This document shows positions 1-13,731 of a stretch of DNA of 64,000 bases, in pieces. The stretch spans positions 23,957,895 through 24,021,894 of the forward strand of contig NC_069001.1 of NCBI RefSeq assembly GCF_001194135.2. Reading direction: 5' to 3'. The notes under the pieces are model-generated. The model was not told the origin of the DNA and searched no databases. It worked only from the letters and a program-made list of their open reading frames with translations. Position numbers and translations under genes: made by a program. The stretch is from Octopus bimaculoides (lineage: Eukaryota). The number at the start of each line of letters is the position of its first letter. Within the stretch, counting starts at the first letter, position 1.

Positions 1-135
1 ACTAATGTGTATGTGTTAAGTGATAGGTGATATAAAAAAAATTTGGTTTAATTAAAAAAAATACTCTTTTGACTATCCAATTTTCATCACCACCACCACT
101 ACCACCACTATCTCTCTCCCTCCTCTCTCTTTCTG

Positions 136-177
<42 letters not shown>

Positions 178-619
178 CTTTAACCTCATCTTCAGAACAT
201 CCCCCCTCTGCTAAAATTATATTTTTAACTCTCCCCCTCCATATCATCACTTCCTTCAACTATCTTTTTTAACCACGTAACAAATATTACGTTCCCCCAC
301 CTTATGTCATAGACACTTCTCTCTCCCTCCTTTTCTCTCTTCATCTTTTTCTCTCCCTCTTTCTGTTTCACTCCATATCTTATCCTCTTTTTCTCTCTCT
401 CTTTTCTTTCTCCTCTCTTTCCTTTCAACTAATCACATGAACACGTTACAATTACATTCCTTCTACCTCACATCATGGACGCTTCTCTCCTCTTTTTCTC
501 TACCCCTCTTTTCTTTTCCCCTCTTTTTCTCTAATCACATGAAAGCATTACCAACACCCTAAATAACAGAATGACAAACAGAATTATTATGAGATAATAA
601 TAATAATAATAATGATAAT

Positions 620-1153
620 GCCCTGATGCAGTACCATGCACTGGCTCTCATGACTTCTGATCTTAACTGATTGGAGGCATTATCATGTACATTGTTTTGC
701 CTTGGTATAAAAGGTGGCCTACAGCAAATATTCTGCTCTTTTCCACAGATTTGCTTGTCAGTTGTTTGACCTTAATCAGTTGAACTTATCCCTTCTGGTT
801 GACGATATATGCATCTCTGATCACGAGCAGAAGTAGTGGGGAAGCATCATAACCATATGTTGAGAAGAATTCACCTCTGGAAACATGAGAATTTTGTTCA
901 ACGTCCTTAAACAACCATTATTCGGGGACCTTTTGAGCTGGATGGTCTACTTGATCAGAAGAAAATTCTAACTGGGCCCCACCTGCAAGATCATGCACTA
1001 ATTATCTTCATATAAGATCACTGTGTCATGCACATATAGTTATGATGCATGTGTCTGGTGTACCCTTATCAGATGGATAGTCATAATGGATATACTGGGC
1101 TTCATATATTTTACCCCAGCGTCACTTTGATGGCATGCACTGCTCTCTCACTC
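620..1153 (+). mobile_element. Dispersed ~540-bp non-coding repeat flanked by (AAT)n, copy 1 (unclassified non-autonomous element)
   Basis: Begins GCCCTGATGCAGTACC and ends GCACTGCTCTCTCACTC followed by (AAT)n. Collinear with 5414-5967 and shares both end points. Confidence 0.8.
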
Positions 1154-1209
1154 AATAATGATAATAATAATAATAATAATGATAATAATAATAATATTAG
1201 TAACAACAG

Positions 1210-1340
1210 AAATTGGAAGTGACAGGAGGGCAAGATGGTGAGATGGTGTGAGGGCAGTTGCTATGGCATTGAGGTAGATCCAGCCACCCCTGTTAATGGG
1301 GACAAAATCCGGATTCAAGATGATGGATGATGATGATGAG
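1210..1340 (+). mobile_element. RTE-type LINE 3' end
   Basis: GAGGTAGATCCAGCCACCCCTGTTAATGGGGACAAAATCCGG followed by a (GAT)n tail resembles the RTE 3' terminus. Confidence 0.5.
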
Positions 1341-1351
1341 AGGATGCCCCC

Positions 1352-1545
1352 GAGACTGCTCTGTTGGGAGCAGCTAGGATTTTTAGATTATGCTTAGGTG
1401 TTGAGTATCTTCCACAATACTTAATATCCAAGAACCAAGTCTTAGAATTTGTGGAAAGAGACCCTGTGAGTCAGGTTGTTGATCTCTCTCACAGAATCAA
1501 TCAGAGCAAGTAAGACAGAGCTCTGAGAAGTGAAATGTAATACTT
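1352..1545 (+). mobile_element. R4/Dong-like (RLE non-LTR) 3' fragment
   Basis: Translates ETALLGAARIFRLCLGVE, similar to the LLGTARILRKVL C-terminal motif of R4/Dong ORFs. Confidence 0.5.
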
Positions 1546-1554
1546 ACAACCACA

Positions 1555-2170
1555 GCAACATCACCACAGCAGCATCATCACCACCACCACCTCCACCACT
1601 AACACTACCACCACCACCGATCACCACCACCACCATCACCACCACCACCGNNNNNNNNNNNNNNNNNNNNNNNNNNNNNNNNNNNNNNNNNNNNNNNNNN
1701 NNNNNNNNNNNNNNNNNNNNNNNNNNNNNNNNNNNNNNNNNNNNNNNNNNNNNNNNNNNNNNNNNNNNNNNNNNNNNNNNNNNNNNNNNNNNNNNNNNNN
1801 NNNNNNNNNNNNNNNNNNNNNNNNNNNNNNNNNNNNNNNNNNNNNNNNNNNNNNNNNNNNNNNNNNNNNNNNNNNNNNNNNNNNNNNNNNNNNNNNNNNN
1901 NNNNNNNNNNNNNNNNNNNNNNNNNNNNNNNNNNNNNNNNNNNNNNNNNNNNNNNNNNNNNNNNNNNNNNNNNNNNNNNNNNNNNNNNNNNNNNNNNNNN
2001 NNNNNNNNNNNNNACCACTACCACTACCACTACCACCACCACCGCCGATCACCACCACCGATCACCACCACCGATCACCACCACCACCACCGATCACCAC
2101 CACCGATCACCACCACCACCACCACCAACAACAACAAGAACGATGACAACAGCAGTACCAACAACAACAA
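1555..2170. repeat. (ACC)n/(AAC)n compound microsatellite spanning an N gap
   Basis: Direct reading. Confidence 0.95.
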
Positions 2171-2402
2171 TTTAGTGACTAAGTCTGTATCTAGCAAAAT
2201 GATTTCAACAGAATCTTGAATACTAATACAGCAATCTTTAGAAAATGAGAGATTTGATACAGTGACAGGAATATTAATAAATATCAAAATGTTGATTTTA
2301 GTGATATGTCAAGGGAAATCATCAGAAAATGAGAATATTCTGCTGATATATATTATAATTATAACCCTAATTATAACTAAAAATGGCACAAAGTGAATAT
2401 AT

Positions 2403-2710
2403 AGGCACAGGTGTGGATGAGTGGTAAGAAGCTTGCTTCCCAGCCTCATGCTTCTGGGTTCAGGCCTACTGTGTGGCACCTTGGCCAAGTGTCTTCTACT
2501 TTGTGTCTGTGTTTGACTTCCAGCACCATTTAACAACTGGTGTTGGTGTGTTTATATCAGTATACCTAGCAGTTCAGCAAAAGAGGCTGATAGAATAATT
2601 ACTAGGTTTTTAAAAAAGAATAAGTCCTGGGGTCAGTTTGTTTGACTAAAACCCTTCAAGGCAATGCTTCAGCATGGCCGCAATCAAATGACTGAAATGA
2701 ATAAAAGAAT
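2403..2710 (+). mobile_element. SINE family A, degenerate copy
   Basis: Head ...GTGGTAAGAAGCTTGC, GGCACCTTGGCCAAGTGTCTTCTACT and tail GCATGGCCGCAATCAAATGACTGAAA are shared with many copies in this window. Confidence 0.75.
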
Positions 2711-2894
2711 ATACTTAGAAATGGTAATGTGGTCAGAATCATCCATCCAGAAATGTGTCTGAAAAATGGTTTTATTGGTGAGGTCAAATTGTAAGTATAA
2801 CCACAAACTACAAAAAAAGAAGAAAAAAAAAATATGCAGAATACCGATTTTAAAATTGTTTGAAACTTTAACATAAAATATGACCATTTTTACC

Positions 2895-3250
2895 AACCAT
2901 ATGGTTCCGGGTTCAGTCCCACTGTGTGGCACCATGGGCAAGTCTCTTCTACTGTAGCCTCGGGCTGGCCAAAGCCTTGTGAGTGGATTTGGTAGACGGA
3001 AGCTGAAAGAAGCCCATCGTATATAAGTATATATATATATGTGTGTGTGTCTGTGTTTGTCCCCCTAACATCGCTTGATAACCGATGCTGGTGTGTTTAC
3101 GTCCCCGTAATTTAACGGTCCGGCAGAAGAGACCGATAGAATAAGTACTAGGCTTACAAAGAATAAGTCCTGGGGCGATTTCCTCGACTAAAAGGCGGTG
3201 CTCCAGCATGGCCAGAGTCAAATGACTGAAACAAATAAAAGAGTAAAGAG
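2895..3250 (+). mobile_element. tRNA-derived SINE family A (5' head truncated)
   Basis: B-box-like GGTTCAGTCCC, central (TA)/(TG) microsatellite and conserved tail. Confidence 0.85.
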
Positions 3251-3657
3251 TATGTGATAGAACACAGAAAGCTAGATATTTTTGGTTTTGCACAAGAAAG
3301 ATAGAAAATATGACGTTATTGACATGGCAATCCTGGAGAGCAGGAAAATAAAAAGTGAAAGGGACCAGATATAGTCGATTAGGAAGAGAACTGAAAAGTA
3401 CATAGCATTTCAAGAAGGCAAGTGTAACTGCAGTCATAGTCGGTGCATTTGGAATCTCAAATTGATACAGTACAATTCAAAAGTAGCATGGAGCTACTGC
3501 AGAAAACTACTTTGCTTGGAGCAGTAATGGTTGTAATAAGAATTCTTGAGACCAGAGGCTGCAGGGTATATCTTGCTCTCATTGTGAAATTATTCCAGTT
3601 TAACATTCTCACAGCAGGATAAGTCAGTAGTAGTTGTAGTAGTAGTAGTAGTAGTAG

Positions 3658-4070
3658 AGGCGTAGGAGTGGCTGTGTGGAAAGTAGCTTGCTTACAAACC
3701 ACATGGTTCCGGGTTCAGTCCCACTGCATGGCACTTTGGGCAAGTGTCTTCTACTATGGCCTCGGGCCAACCAAACCCTTGTGAGTGGATTTGGTAGACG
3801 GAAACTGAAAGAAGCCCATCGTATATATATATATATATATATGGCTGTGTGTGTGTGTATATATGTTTGTGTGTCTGTGTTTGTTCCCCCAGCATCGCTT
3901 GACAATCAATGCTGGTGTGTTTACATCCCCGTGACTTAGCGGTTCGGCAAAGAAGGCCAATAGAATAAGTAATAGGCTTACAAAGAATAAGTCCTGGAGT
4001 CAATTTGTTCGGCTAAAGGTGGTGCTCCAGCATGGCCACAGTCAAATGACTGAAACAAATAAAAGAGAGC
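3658..4070 (+). mobile_element. tRNA-derived SINE family A, full length
   Basis: A-box-like TGGCTGTGTGG, B-box-like GGTTCAGTCCC, internal microsatellite, tail ending AAATGACTGAAACAAATAAAAG. More than 15 related copies occur in the window. Confidence 0.9.
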
Positions 4071-4109
4071 AAAAGAGAGTACTAATAGCAGTAGTAGTTG
4101 TAGTAGTAG

Positions 4110-4560
4110 TCATTTCTACTATAGGCACAAGGCCCGAAATTTGGGGGAGGAGGTAGCTAATTATATTGACCCCAGTACTCAACTGGTATTTAATTTATTA
4201 ACCCTGAAAGGATGAAAGGCAAAATCGACCTTGGTAGAATTCAAACTCAAAACAACATTAAGATGGATGTTAGTATGCCCATCATGCTTACGATTCTTCC
4301 GGCTTGCCATAATAATAATAATAATAATAATAATAATATTGGTTTCAAATTTTGGCACAATGCCAGCAATCCTGGGTGAGTGGGTAAGTCAATTACATCG
4401 ACCCCAGTGCTCAACTGGTACTTATTTCTATTGACCCCAAAAGGATGAAAGGCAAAGTTGACCTCAGTAGAATTTGAACACAGAGTGTAAAAATGGATAA
4501 AATACTGCTAAGCATCTTAACTGGCACGCTAACAATTCTGACACTTCACCACCTTATTAA
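4110..4560 (-). mobile_element. Two adjacent SINE family B variant copies
   Basis: Each contains the reverse complement of the family core GCCTTTCATCCTTT(C)GGGGTC and of GAGTTCAAATTC (~4110-4310 and ~4335-4560). Confidence 0.75.
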
Positions 4561-5413
4561 TAATAGTTTCTATTATTATTAATAATTTCTAACTTCAATA
4601 CATGATTAGACATTTTGGGGAAAGTATAATGGATTACATCAATTGGCGATACAAGAATGTAAATGGTAAATTTGATGCTAGCATGATAAGGTTACTAATA
4701 AACCATAATGATCATAATAGTAATGATAATAATGGAATGATGATGATGATGGGTACCTTTTACCTACTTATCTTTTATTTCACCCATTGGACAGCAGCCA
4801 TGCTGTGGCACATCCTCAAAGACAAAGAAATCAGCCCCAGTATGGATAGAAATGAAAGTGAAAGTAGAAAAGCATTTGAAAATTAGAATGAAATCTGAAC
4901 AGCTTGATAGAGTCTAAAAATAAGTTAGAAAACCCTCTTTAACTTTTAAACTCTTGCAGCAGCAGCTCTCTGTATTGCAAAGCTGTTCTCCCAATGATTA
5001 GAAACCACATGCAACATCATTCATTTTTATGAATGAATTATTCCACAGAAACAAATAATACAAGGGAAACAATTTTTTTTTTCACTACCTTGGCTTCCTG
5101 TGATTAAAAAATGTTTATTTTTGCTGGTGGTGTTTTGTTTGTACAGATTTTTCACAATTAATTACACCAACAAGTGAATTTCTTAAGTGCCAAACACCTA
5201 TAAATTTTAACAAAGGAAAATCTCCCTGGAAAACAAAAATTACAATTTTGTTTTATTGAATTATTTTAGAGTTAACTAACGAAACAGTTAACCCTTTTGA
5301 TGTGAACCTGCCTATGACTATCCTTGGTTCTATGATATAAAATTACTGTTTAACCCGTTAGCATGTACACTAATCTATCAAATGTAATGCTTATAATAAT
5401 AATAGTAATAAAT

Positions 5414-5967
5414 GCCCTGATGCAGTACCAGGTATTGCCTCTCATGGCTTCTCATCTTAATTGATTGGAAGTGTTATCATGTACATTGTTTTGTCTTGGT
5501 GTGAAAGATGGGCTACAGCAAATATTCTGCTCAATGCCACAGATTTGCTTGTCAGTTGTTTGACCTTAACCAGTTGAGCATGTCCTTTGGTAGTTGATGA
5601 TATGTGCATCTCTGATCATGAGCAGAAGTTGTGGAGGAGCATCATAGCCATGTGTTGAGAGGAATTCTTTGGGATTTGGATAATTCACCTTGGGAAACAT
5701 GCGTGTTTTGTTCAACATCTTTACACAACCCTTATTCAAGGACCATTTGAGCAGGATGGGCTACTCATCCTGAATAAAATTCTAACTGGGCCCCACTGGC
5801 AAGATCATGCGCTGCTTATATCGATATGTGATCACCATGTTGTGCACACATGGTTGTGATGCGTGTGCCTGGTGTACCCTTATCAGACCGATAGTCATGA
5901 TGGGTATACTGGGCTTCGTATATTTTACTCCTGTGTCACTTTGATGTCATGCACTGCTCTCTCACTC
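5414..5967 (+). mobile_element. Dispersed ~550-bp (AAT)n-flanked repeat, copy 2
   Basis: Collinear with 620-1153 and has the same termini. Confidence 0.8.
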
Positions 5968-5984
5968 AATAATAATAATAATAT

Positions 5985-6442
5985 AGCTGCTTTAGGTATG
6001 ATTAAAAAACATTCAGACAAATAAATAACCAAACCACCAAGACTTACGAATGTATACAGCGTACAGAAAATAACACTACTAGGCACTGCACACATTCTAC
6101 ATAAAACACTTTCAATACCAGGAAAATAAGAGCACCACAACAAACCACAGCTGACACTCAAGGCACACAGAGCTGTGCTCGGTAGTGCAGTGGAAGCACG
6201 TGATAAAAATAAAACTACTGAATAATAATATTAATAAATTCAAATTACGATGAACGTAAACAAACAAATAATAATAATAATAATGATAATAATAATAATA
6301 GCACTGCACACATCCTACACAAAACACTTTCAATACAGTAACCATAAGAACATCACTGCAAACCACAGCACATACCCAAGGCACACAGAGCTGCGCTAGG
6401 TAGTGAAGTGAAAAGCACGTTATAAAAATAAAACTACTGAAC

Positions 6443-6445
<3 letters not shown>
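5985..6445 (+). mobile_element. Two tandem 5'-truncated R4/Dong-like 3' ends in (TAA)n
   Basis: Translates AALGMIKKHSDK*ITKPPRLTNVYSVQKITLLGTAHILHKTLS. The 3' part repeats at 6301-6445, and each copy ends in (AAT)n. R4/Dong elements are known to target TAA repeats. Confidence 0.75.
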
Positions 6446-6481
<36 letters not shown>

Positions 6482-7054
6482 CCATTCTAGTGTATGCTCA
6501 AGGCCTGAAACTTTGGGAGAGAGTCTACTTGATTACATTGACCCTAGTACTAACCTGGTGCTTAATCTGTCAATCTCCTGAAAAGATGAAAGACAAAGTC
6601 TTTTAATTAATCATCCATGATCTCACAGCATTGAAATTTTGATGATGTTATATATTTATACAATGACTTTGTAGGGTAGGTGTGAAATGTCAGATCTCTC
6701 TAGCTTTGACATAAAACAAATTGAATATTTGAGCTAGATATGGCTGGTTTAAATTTTAATGAGTTTAAGTGATCTGAGTTAAAACCTTGCTGCACAATTT
6801 CATATTAATTTATTTTCCAAACAGCAGCTTAATGACAGTTATTTTACTAAATTTTTCATTATTTTCCAAATTAATTTAAATAAATGCAATGTATTTCAAT
6901 AGAATCATGGTAATAAAAGAGGCTTATAGATTTGCATAACTAGACGTAAGATATGGTTTTGTAGTATTGGTTTGGATTGTAATGTACTTAAATTCTATAG
7001 ACTGCAAAGCTAGCCATTAACTAAAAGACTAAGATTACTAGTGTGTGGTATTAC

Positions 7055-7378
7055 TTTAAAGAGATTTGTTGTATAAGGCAGGAACAATGTGAGAAGGTAC
7101 AAAGCAAACTATAAAAGGAAAAGAAAACTAAACTAAGTTTTAGTTTTACTTTGTCTTTCTAAATTTCAGGGCTATAACCTCTTCTTCAGGACATTTGGCA
7201 AAGCAGAGCAATGACTTTTCCATCTCTCACTTTTACAAATGTTCTGAAGAAGGGGTTAGTGCCCCAAAATATAGAAATACAAGGTAAAACTGTAACTTTG
7301 TTTTGTTTTCTTTTCCTTTTGTAGCTTACTTGTTACGTTCTTGCATCGTTCTGGCTTTATACAAAAAATATCTTTAGA
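7055..7378. repeat. Foldback element (arms ~7055-7197 and ~7236-7378), each arm with a degenerate hammerhead core
   Basis: Arms are reverse complements, roughly 75-80% by eye. Right arm reads CTGAAGA-AGGGG-ttagtg-CCCC-aAAA; left arm (- strand) reads CTGAAGA-AGAGG-ttatag-CCCT-GAAA. Confidence 0.7.
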
Positions 7379-7849
7379 GAAACATCAATAGATATTTAAT
7401 TACTTTACATTGCAAAATTAAGAGGTGGGTCTGGGAAGAAGACAAATGCATTTGTGGTGAATTTAAAGATGGCAATTGGAAATGTTAAATTGTATGAAGT
7501 GTAGAGTCTAATATTTAGGATCTTATCATTATGATCTGACTATACCTAGGTGCTGAGGGAGCTTGCCTTCCTTGTCACTCATTAAGATAAGGTGCTTTGT
7601 GTGGCTATGAGTTGTTTTAACTCTTATTTCGAGCAGTACTGGTGCTGACTAGTGCCCTCACACACCTTAATGATGTATATATATATATATATATCATCAT
7701 CATCATCATTTAACGTCTGCCTTCCATGCTAGCATGGGTTGGACGATTTGACTAAGGGCTGGCAAGCCAGAAGGCTGCACCAGGCTCCAATCTGATCTGG
7801 CAGAGTTTCTACAGCTAGATGCCCTTCCTAACGCCAATATATATCATCA

Positions 7850-8420
7850 TCATCATCATCATCATGTAACATCCGTTTTCCATGCTGGCATGGGTTGAAT
7901 GGCTTGACCAGAACTGGCAAACAGGATAGCTTCCCCTGGTTCCAGTCTGATTTTGGCCTGGTTTCTATGGCTGGATACTTTCCGCACATCGTTAGCAGAG
8001 GTATTATTATATGGCACTGGCTTGGATGCTGTTGCATGGTACCAGCAGAAATGGCCTTTGTTGTGATGCCAACACAGGTACGTATTACATGGCACCAGCA
8101 CAGGGACCTTGCAGGCCAATTCCCTTAAGTAGGGGGAGCAGCATAAACATTTCTGCTGTGGAGGATGAGTCTTCTTGAGTTCAGCAAGGCACCAAATATC
8201 TTGGTCCTTTGTCTTCTCCTTTGTAAGATTCAGTGTTCTGAGAATCTCCTTCAGCACTTTGTTCCACGTCTTCCTGGGTCTCCCTCTTCCATGAGCTCCA
8301 ATCTGAGTGATCAGCGTGATCAGCACTTCTTTATGGAGCTGTCTTCGTCCATCTGCATCACACGACCAGACCAGTGCAGTCTTCTCTCTTTCATTCTGCT
8401 GCTAATTCCTCTTATGTCTA
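7850..8420 (-). mobile_element. RTE LINE 3' end (RT C-terminus plus 3' UTR with (GAT)n tail)
   Basis: Translates MKERRLHWSGRVMQMDEDS...HGRGRPRKTWNKVLKEILRTLNLTKEKTKDQDIW, then the abundant 3' UTR repeat. Confidence 0.85.
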
Positions 8421-9039
8421 ACTTCTCAGTTTCTGCCTACCAAATCCACTTATAAGGCTTTGGTCAGTCTGAGGCTATAGTCAAAAACACTTGACCAAGG
8501 TGCCACACAGTGAGACTGAACCTGGAACCATGTGGTTGGGAAGCAAGCTTCTTACGACACAGCCTTGCCTATACCATATAGCAGTGTGTGTGTGTGTGTT
8601 TGTGTGTGAGAGAGAGAGAGAGAGTGCGTCTGTATGTGTGTGCATGTATGCATATATGTATATACACATCTGGAAACAAATAATTTCCCATCCAACCTAT
8701 GCTAGCATAGAAAACTGAATGCAGAGGAAATGAAAAATAAACAACACGGAGATGGTGATGTTGATGACGATGATGAAAATAATGATAGCGATGATACCTC
8801 CAAACTCACACATACACATACACATATGCATACTGGTATGCATATGTGTAGATGTATACATATACACGTGCGTACGCTGTTGCTGTTGACATTGTCAGAA
8901 TAAAGCCTGCAGCAATCGCTGTGTCATGGACAGAGTCTGTGTAGAGCAGTGGATTAGATTTTCATCTAACTGAATAATAAAAGCACATGATGTGTGAATA
9001 ATTGCACTAAAATACTTTGGCTAGAGCAGGATTCAATTA

Positions 9040-9860
9040 ACAAATACTTAATAGCCTGGTGGTGGCAGCAGTGGCAGGGGTGGTGGTTGAAGTGATGATG
9101 GTGATGATGGTGATGAGGAGGAGGTTGGTGGTAGTAGTCTTGTTGTTGTTGCTGTTGTTGTTGTTGTTGTTGTTGTTGTTGGTGGTGGTGGTAGTGGTGG
9201 TGGTGGTGGTGGTTGTGGTGGTAGTTGAAGTGATAATGGTGATGATGATGAGGAGGAGGACGGTGGTGGTGGTGGTTGAAGTGATGATGGGGATGATGAT
9301 GAGGAGGAGGGTGGTGGTGGTGATGATAGTGGTAGTGGTGGGGGTGGGGGTAATGAATATGATGATGTTGATGAGGGTAATGGTAGTGATGATGGTGGTA
9401 ATGAAGGTGATGATGATGAAGATGGCTAGGATGATGATCATGATGATGTTGGTGTTGGTGCTGGTGCTAGTAGTGATGATAATGGCGATGATGATAATGA
9501 TGGTGGTGTTGCTGCTGGGAGTGCTGATGGTAATGGTGGTATGGTTATGATGCTGCTGATGATGATTGAGGAAGCTGAGGAGGTGGAGAAGGAGGAGTGG
9601 GAGGAGGTGGAGGATGGTGATAGTGGTGATGATGATGATGATGGTGGTGTCAGTGGTATCAGGGGTGGTGACGCTTGTGCTGCTTGTTGCACTTTCATGT
9701 AGTGATTGGATTTGTGGTCATAATGATGACAATGATGACAAGGATGATGATGATAGGCATGTGACAGCAGCGATGGTGTTGATATTGATGATGATGATGA
9801 TGATAGCAGTGATGACGATGATGATGATGATGATGATGAGAGTAGTGGTGGTGGTGATGT
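9040..9860. repeat. Compound (GGT)/(GAT)/(GTT) microsatellite tract
   Basis: Direct reading; source of several spurious ORFs. Confidence 0.95.
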
Positions 9861-10559
9861 TATTGGTTGAAGCAGTATTCTGGGATGATGTAAAAACTAA
9901 TCTTCATAGACTTTGTCCTTGAAGGCTAGAAACATTGACTGTGTGAGCAAACATATTGAATCTTTGGATTCCCGGCCACACACACACACACACACACACG
10001 CACACACACATGATGGACTTCTTTCAGTTTCCATCTACCAAATCTACTGACAAGGCTTTGGTCAATATGAGGCTATAGTAGAAAACACTGGCCTAAGGTG
10101 CCACACAGTGGGACTGAACCTGGAGCCATGAGGTTGGGAAGCAATCTTCTTACCACACACCCCACACCTGTGCCATATAGCAGTAAATAATGAGTCTCCC
10201 ACAGTTTTAATGAGTATTTAGTGATTTAATCGGCTGCACAACCTGCTCATTGAATTAGCACCTTAAGTGACTGAGTATTCCATAGACATGTGTACCCTTA
10301 ATGTAATTCTCAACTGGAGTAAGAGTGATAGAGAGAGTGAGACAAGGGTGGATCTTAAGGTTACTGATATGATCCATCTGTGGAGCTTCCACATAGCTTC
10401 TGTCTGCCTGATTTCATTTATAAAGTCTGGATCTGCCTGAGGTGATCAGGGAAGAAGGCAGGCAAGATATCATGCGATGGGATTGAACCCAGGACTTTGT
10501 AACTGTAAAGCAAACTTCTTAGCCATTCAGTCATGTTGCCTTATAAATGGTAATGATTA

Positions 10560-10770
10560 TGATAAGGAAGAGGAGGAGGAAAAGAAGGAGGAAGAAGAAG
10601 AGGGTGAGGAAGAGGAGGTGGAGGAGGAGGCAGAGGTTGATGAGGGGGAGGAGGAGGAAGTAGAAAACAAAGAGGAGGAAGAAAACAAAGAGGAGGAAGA
10701 AAAGAAGAGGAAGAAGAAGACAAAGAGGAGGAGGAGGAGGAGGCAGAGGATGATGATGATGAAGAGGTGG
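10560..10770. repeat. (GAG)/(GAA) purine microsatellite
   Basis: Direct reading. Confidence 0.95.
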
Positions 10771-11054
10771 CAGAAGAGGATTCTAAGTGTGAAGGGTAAA
10801 TTCCTTGGCTGGGAATGCCTTTAATCATAAATCTGCTCAGTCTCTGCTAGCCTAAAACATAACATCAACAACAATGTCAACAATGACCAAAAGTCTAGTC
10901 AATCAATCAAAGAATAACAAGTAGTTATTGACATTTTTGAGTGATGGCAACAAGTAATTATAGACAATTAAATCATAAATGGTGATTGTTAATATTTGAA
11001 CAATGACTTTTACTGAACTGTGAGACTCTCGCTTCTTTTAGTTGAAAACATCAT

Positions 11055-11490
11055 CATCATCATTTGATGACATCGATTGTCCATGCTGGCATGGGTTGGA
11101 TGAATTGACCAGAGTTGATAAGCTGAGGGGCTGCACCAGACTCTAGTCTGGTAGGGTTTCTGTGGTTGGATGCCACCCTTCCTAATGCCAACCACTCTCA
11201 GAGTGCAATGGATGCTTTTGTGTGCCACTAGCAATGGGTGCCAGTTGCCTGACACCAGTAACTACCATGACAACGATTTGACTTGGCTTGATGGGTCTTC
11301 TTTCCAAGCACAGCATATTGCCAAAGGTCTCAGACATTTGTTATTGCCTCTGTGAAGCCTAACACTTAAAAGGAGCTTTTTGCATACCACTGGCATGGGT
11401 GCCAGTTATGTGGCACTGATAATAGCCACAGCCATGGTTTCTCTTGGCCTGATGGGTCTTCTCAAGCACAGCATATCACCAAAGGTCTTG
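11055..11490 (-). mobile_element. RTE LINE 3' UTR fragment
   Basis: Starts with (CAT)n then CCATGCTGGCATGGGTTGG...CCTTCCTAATGCCAACCACTC, the same family as 7850 and 27075. Confidence 0.75.
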
Positions 11491-11903
11491 AGTAAAAAAT
11501 AAACCCTAAGTTAGATAAATGTCTCAGTGTCCCTGAAGGATTAACAAGATTAAATATTTACATTTTTATACCCATTAGGTTATTTTATGCCTTATTTTAT
11601 CTCCATTTAAAAGTGGATGTTGTGTTAGTACACAGAATACTGCGATAGTTACCATGAGAGAACTTCTCAGATGGTTTTGTGGTGCATATATCCACTTCTG
11701 TTTACATTGCTAGTGAGAGATAACTCAGCAATTGCTGCTGCTGCTGCTGCTGCTACTACCAGATCATGTAATTTTGGCCTTCCTTGGCCTTGTCAATGGT
11801 GGACATTCAGCTGCTGGAAACAACAGTGATATTTCTGCTAGTGGTATACTTAGAATCTCTGAGCCTAATCAGGCACTGGGGTCATGAATAGGCAGTGGGT
11901 TTT

Positions 11904-12068
11904 TGTTGTGTCGACGACCCCAGGCGAAGAAGTAGGATCTCCCAAGACATATAAATAGAGGTTGTCTGGCCATGGTAAGAGTGTTGAGTAGCAGTTGTGT
12001 AGCAGTTGTGTAGCAGTCGAATAGAGATCATCCGAAGGTGGTAGATAGCAGTAGCTTGAGACATAACA
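11904..12068 (+). mobile_element. Possible short solo LTR
   Basis: Termini TGTTGTGTC ... GACATAACA (8/9 inverted match, TG..CA). Flanks GTTTT and GTTTA (4/5, TSD-like). Internal TATAAATA at 11950. Confidence 0.4.
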
Positions 12069-12359
12069 GTTTATTAAAAAACAGAAGCAGTAAGTATTAA
12101 TACTAAATGGTAATATTTATCCCCACTTGAAAACAGATATTGTGTTAAAATACAGAATATTGCGATAGTTACCATGAGAAAACTTTTCAGATGGTTTTAT
12201 GGTGTTTATAAGCACAATTGTTTATATTCATAGAAGGAGATAACTCAGCCATTGCTGTTGCTGAGATTACCAGACCCTGTGATTTTAACCTTCTTTGGCA
12301 TTATCGATGGTAGACACTCAACCACTGAAAATAGCAGTGATACCTCTGCTAGTGATACT

Positions 12360-13035
<676 letters not shown>

Positions 13036-13731
13036 TTTACAATCTCTGCGCCTAATTAAACACTCATGTCCCAAATACCCAACATGTTCATTAGAAAATA
13101 ATTATTAGTAACAGGGGCAGTATTAATGCTAAAAGATAATACCTAGCTCCACTTAAAAATGGATGTTCTGTTAAAACATTCAGTGGGTATAAAAATATAA
13201 CATTTTAGTATTAAACTGCTTCTGTCACTAATAATTTTTTATTTACATTCCATATTTTATAACTTTAGAATTTAGTTGTAAGCAGTGTTGGTGGATGTTA
13301 AATGGAGAATGGCATAGTGACATTAGGAAAAGACCAAGAAATAAAAGATCTGCCATGCAAAAGACAGCGATGACATTTGAGTGGAAATGTTTTAGTAGAG
13401 GCTGTCGTCTACAATAGCCCCAAGCTGACCAAAGATGGAAACTGAAAGAAGCTCATTAGATATGTATTTGTGTGTGCATATGTGTGTATGTGTGTGTGTG
13501 TGTGTTTGTTCACCACTGCTACTTGACAACTGGTGTTGGTGTGTTTATACCCCCATAACTTAGTGGTTTGGCAAAAGAGACTGATAGAATAAGTACCAGG
13601 CTAAGATAAAAATAAGTGGTAGGGTCAATTTGTTTGAGTAAAATTCTACGAAGCATTGCCCCAGCATGGCCACAGTCTAATGACTAAATTTAAAGATAAA
13701 AGTTCTAAGTATGTATGTATAAATATATGTA

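Noticed and set aside
9037-9922. Long ORFs rich in V/M/T/I, and similar YI, HT and CV ORFs throughout
   Set aside because: Translations of di- and trinucleotide microsatellites or frames crossing N gaps; no coding evidence.
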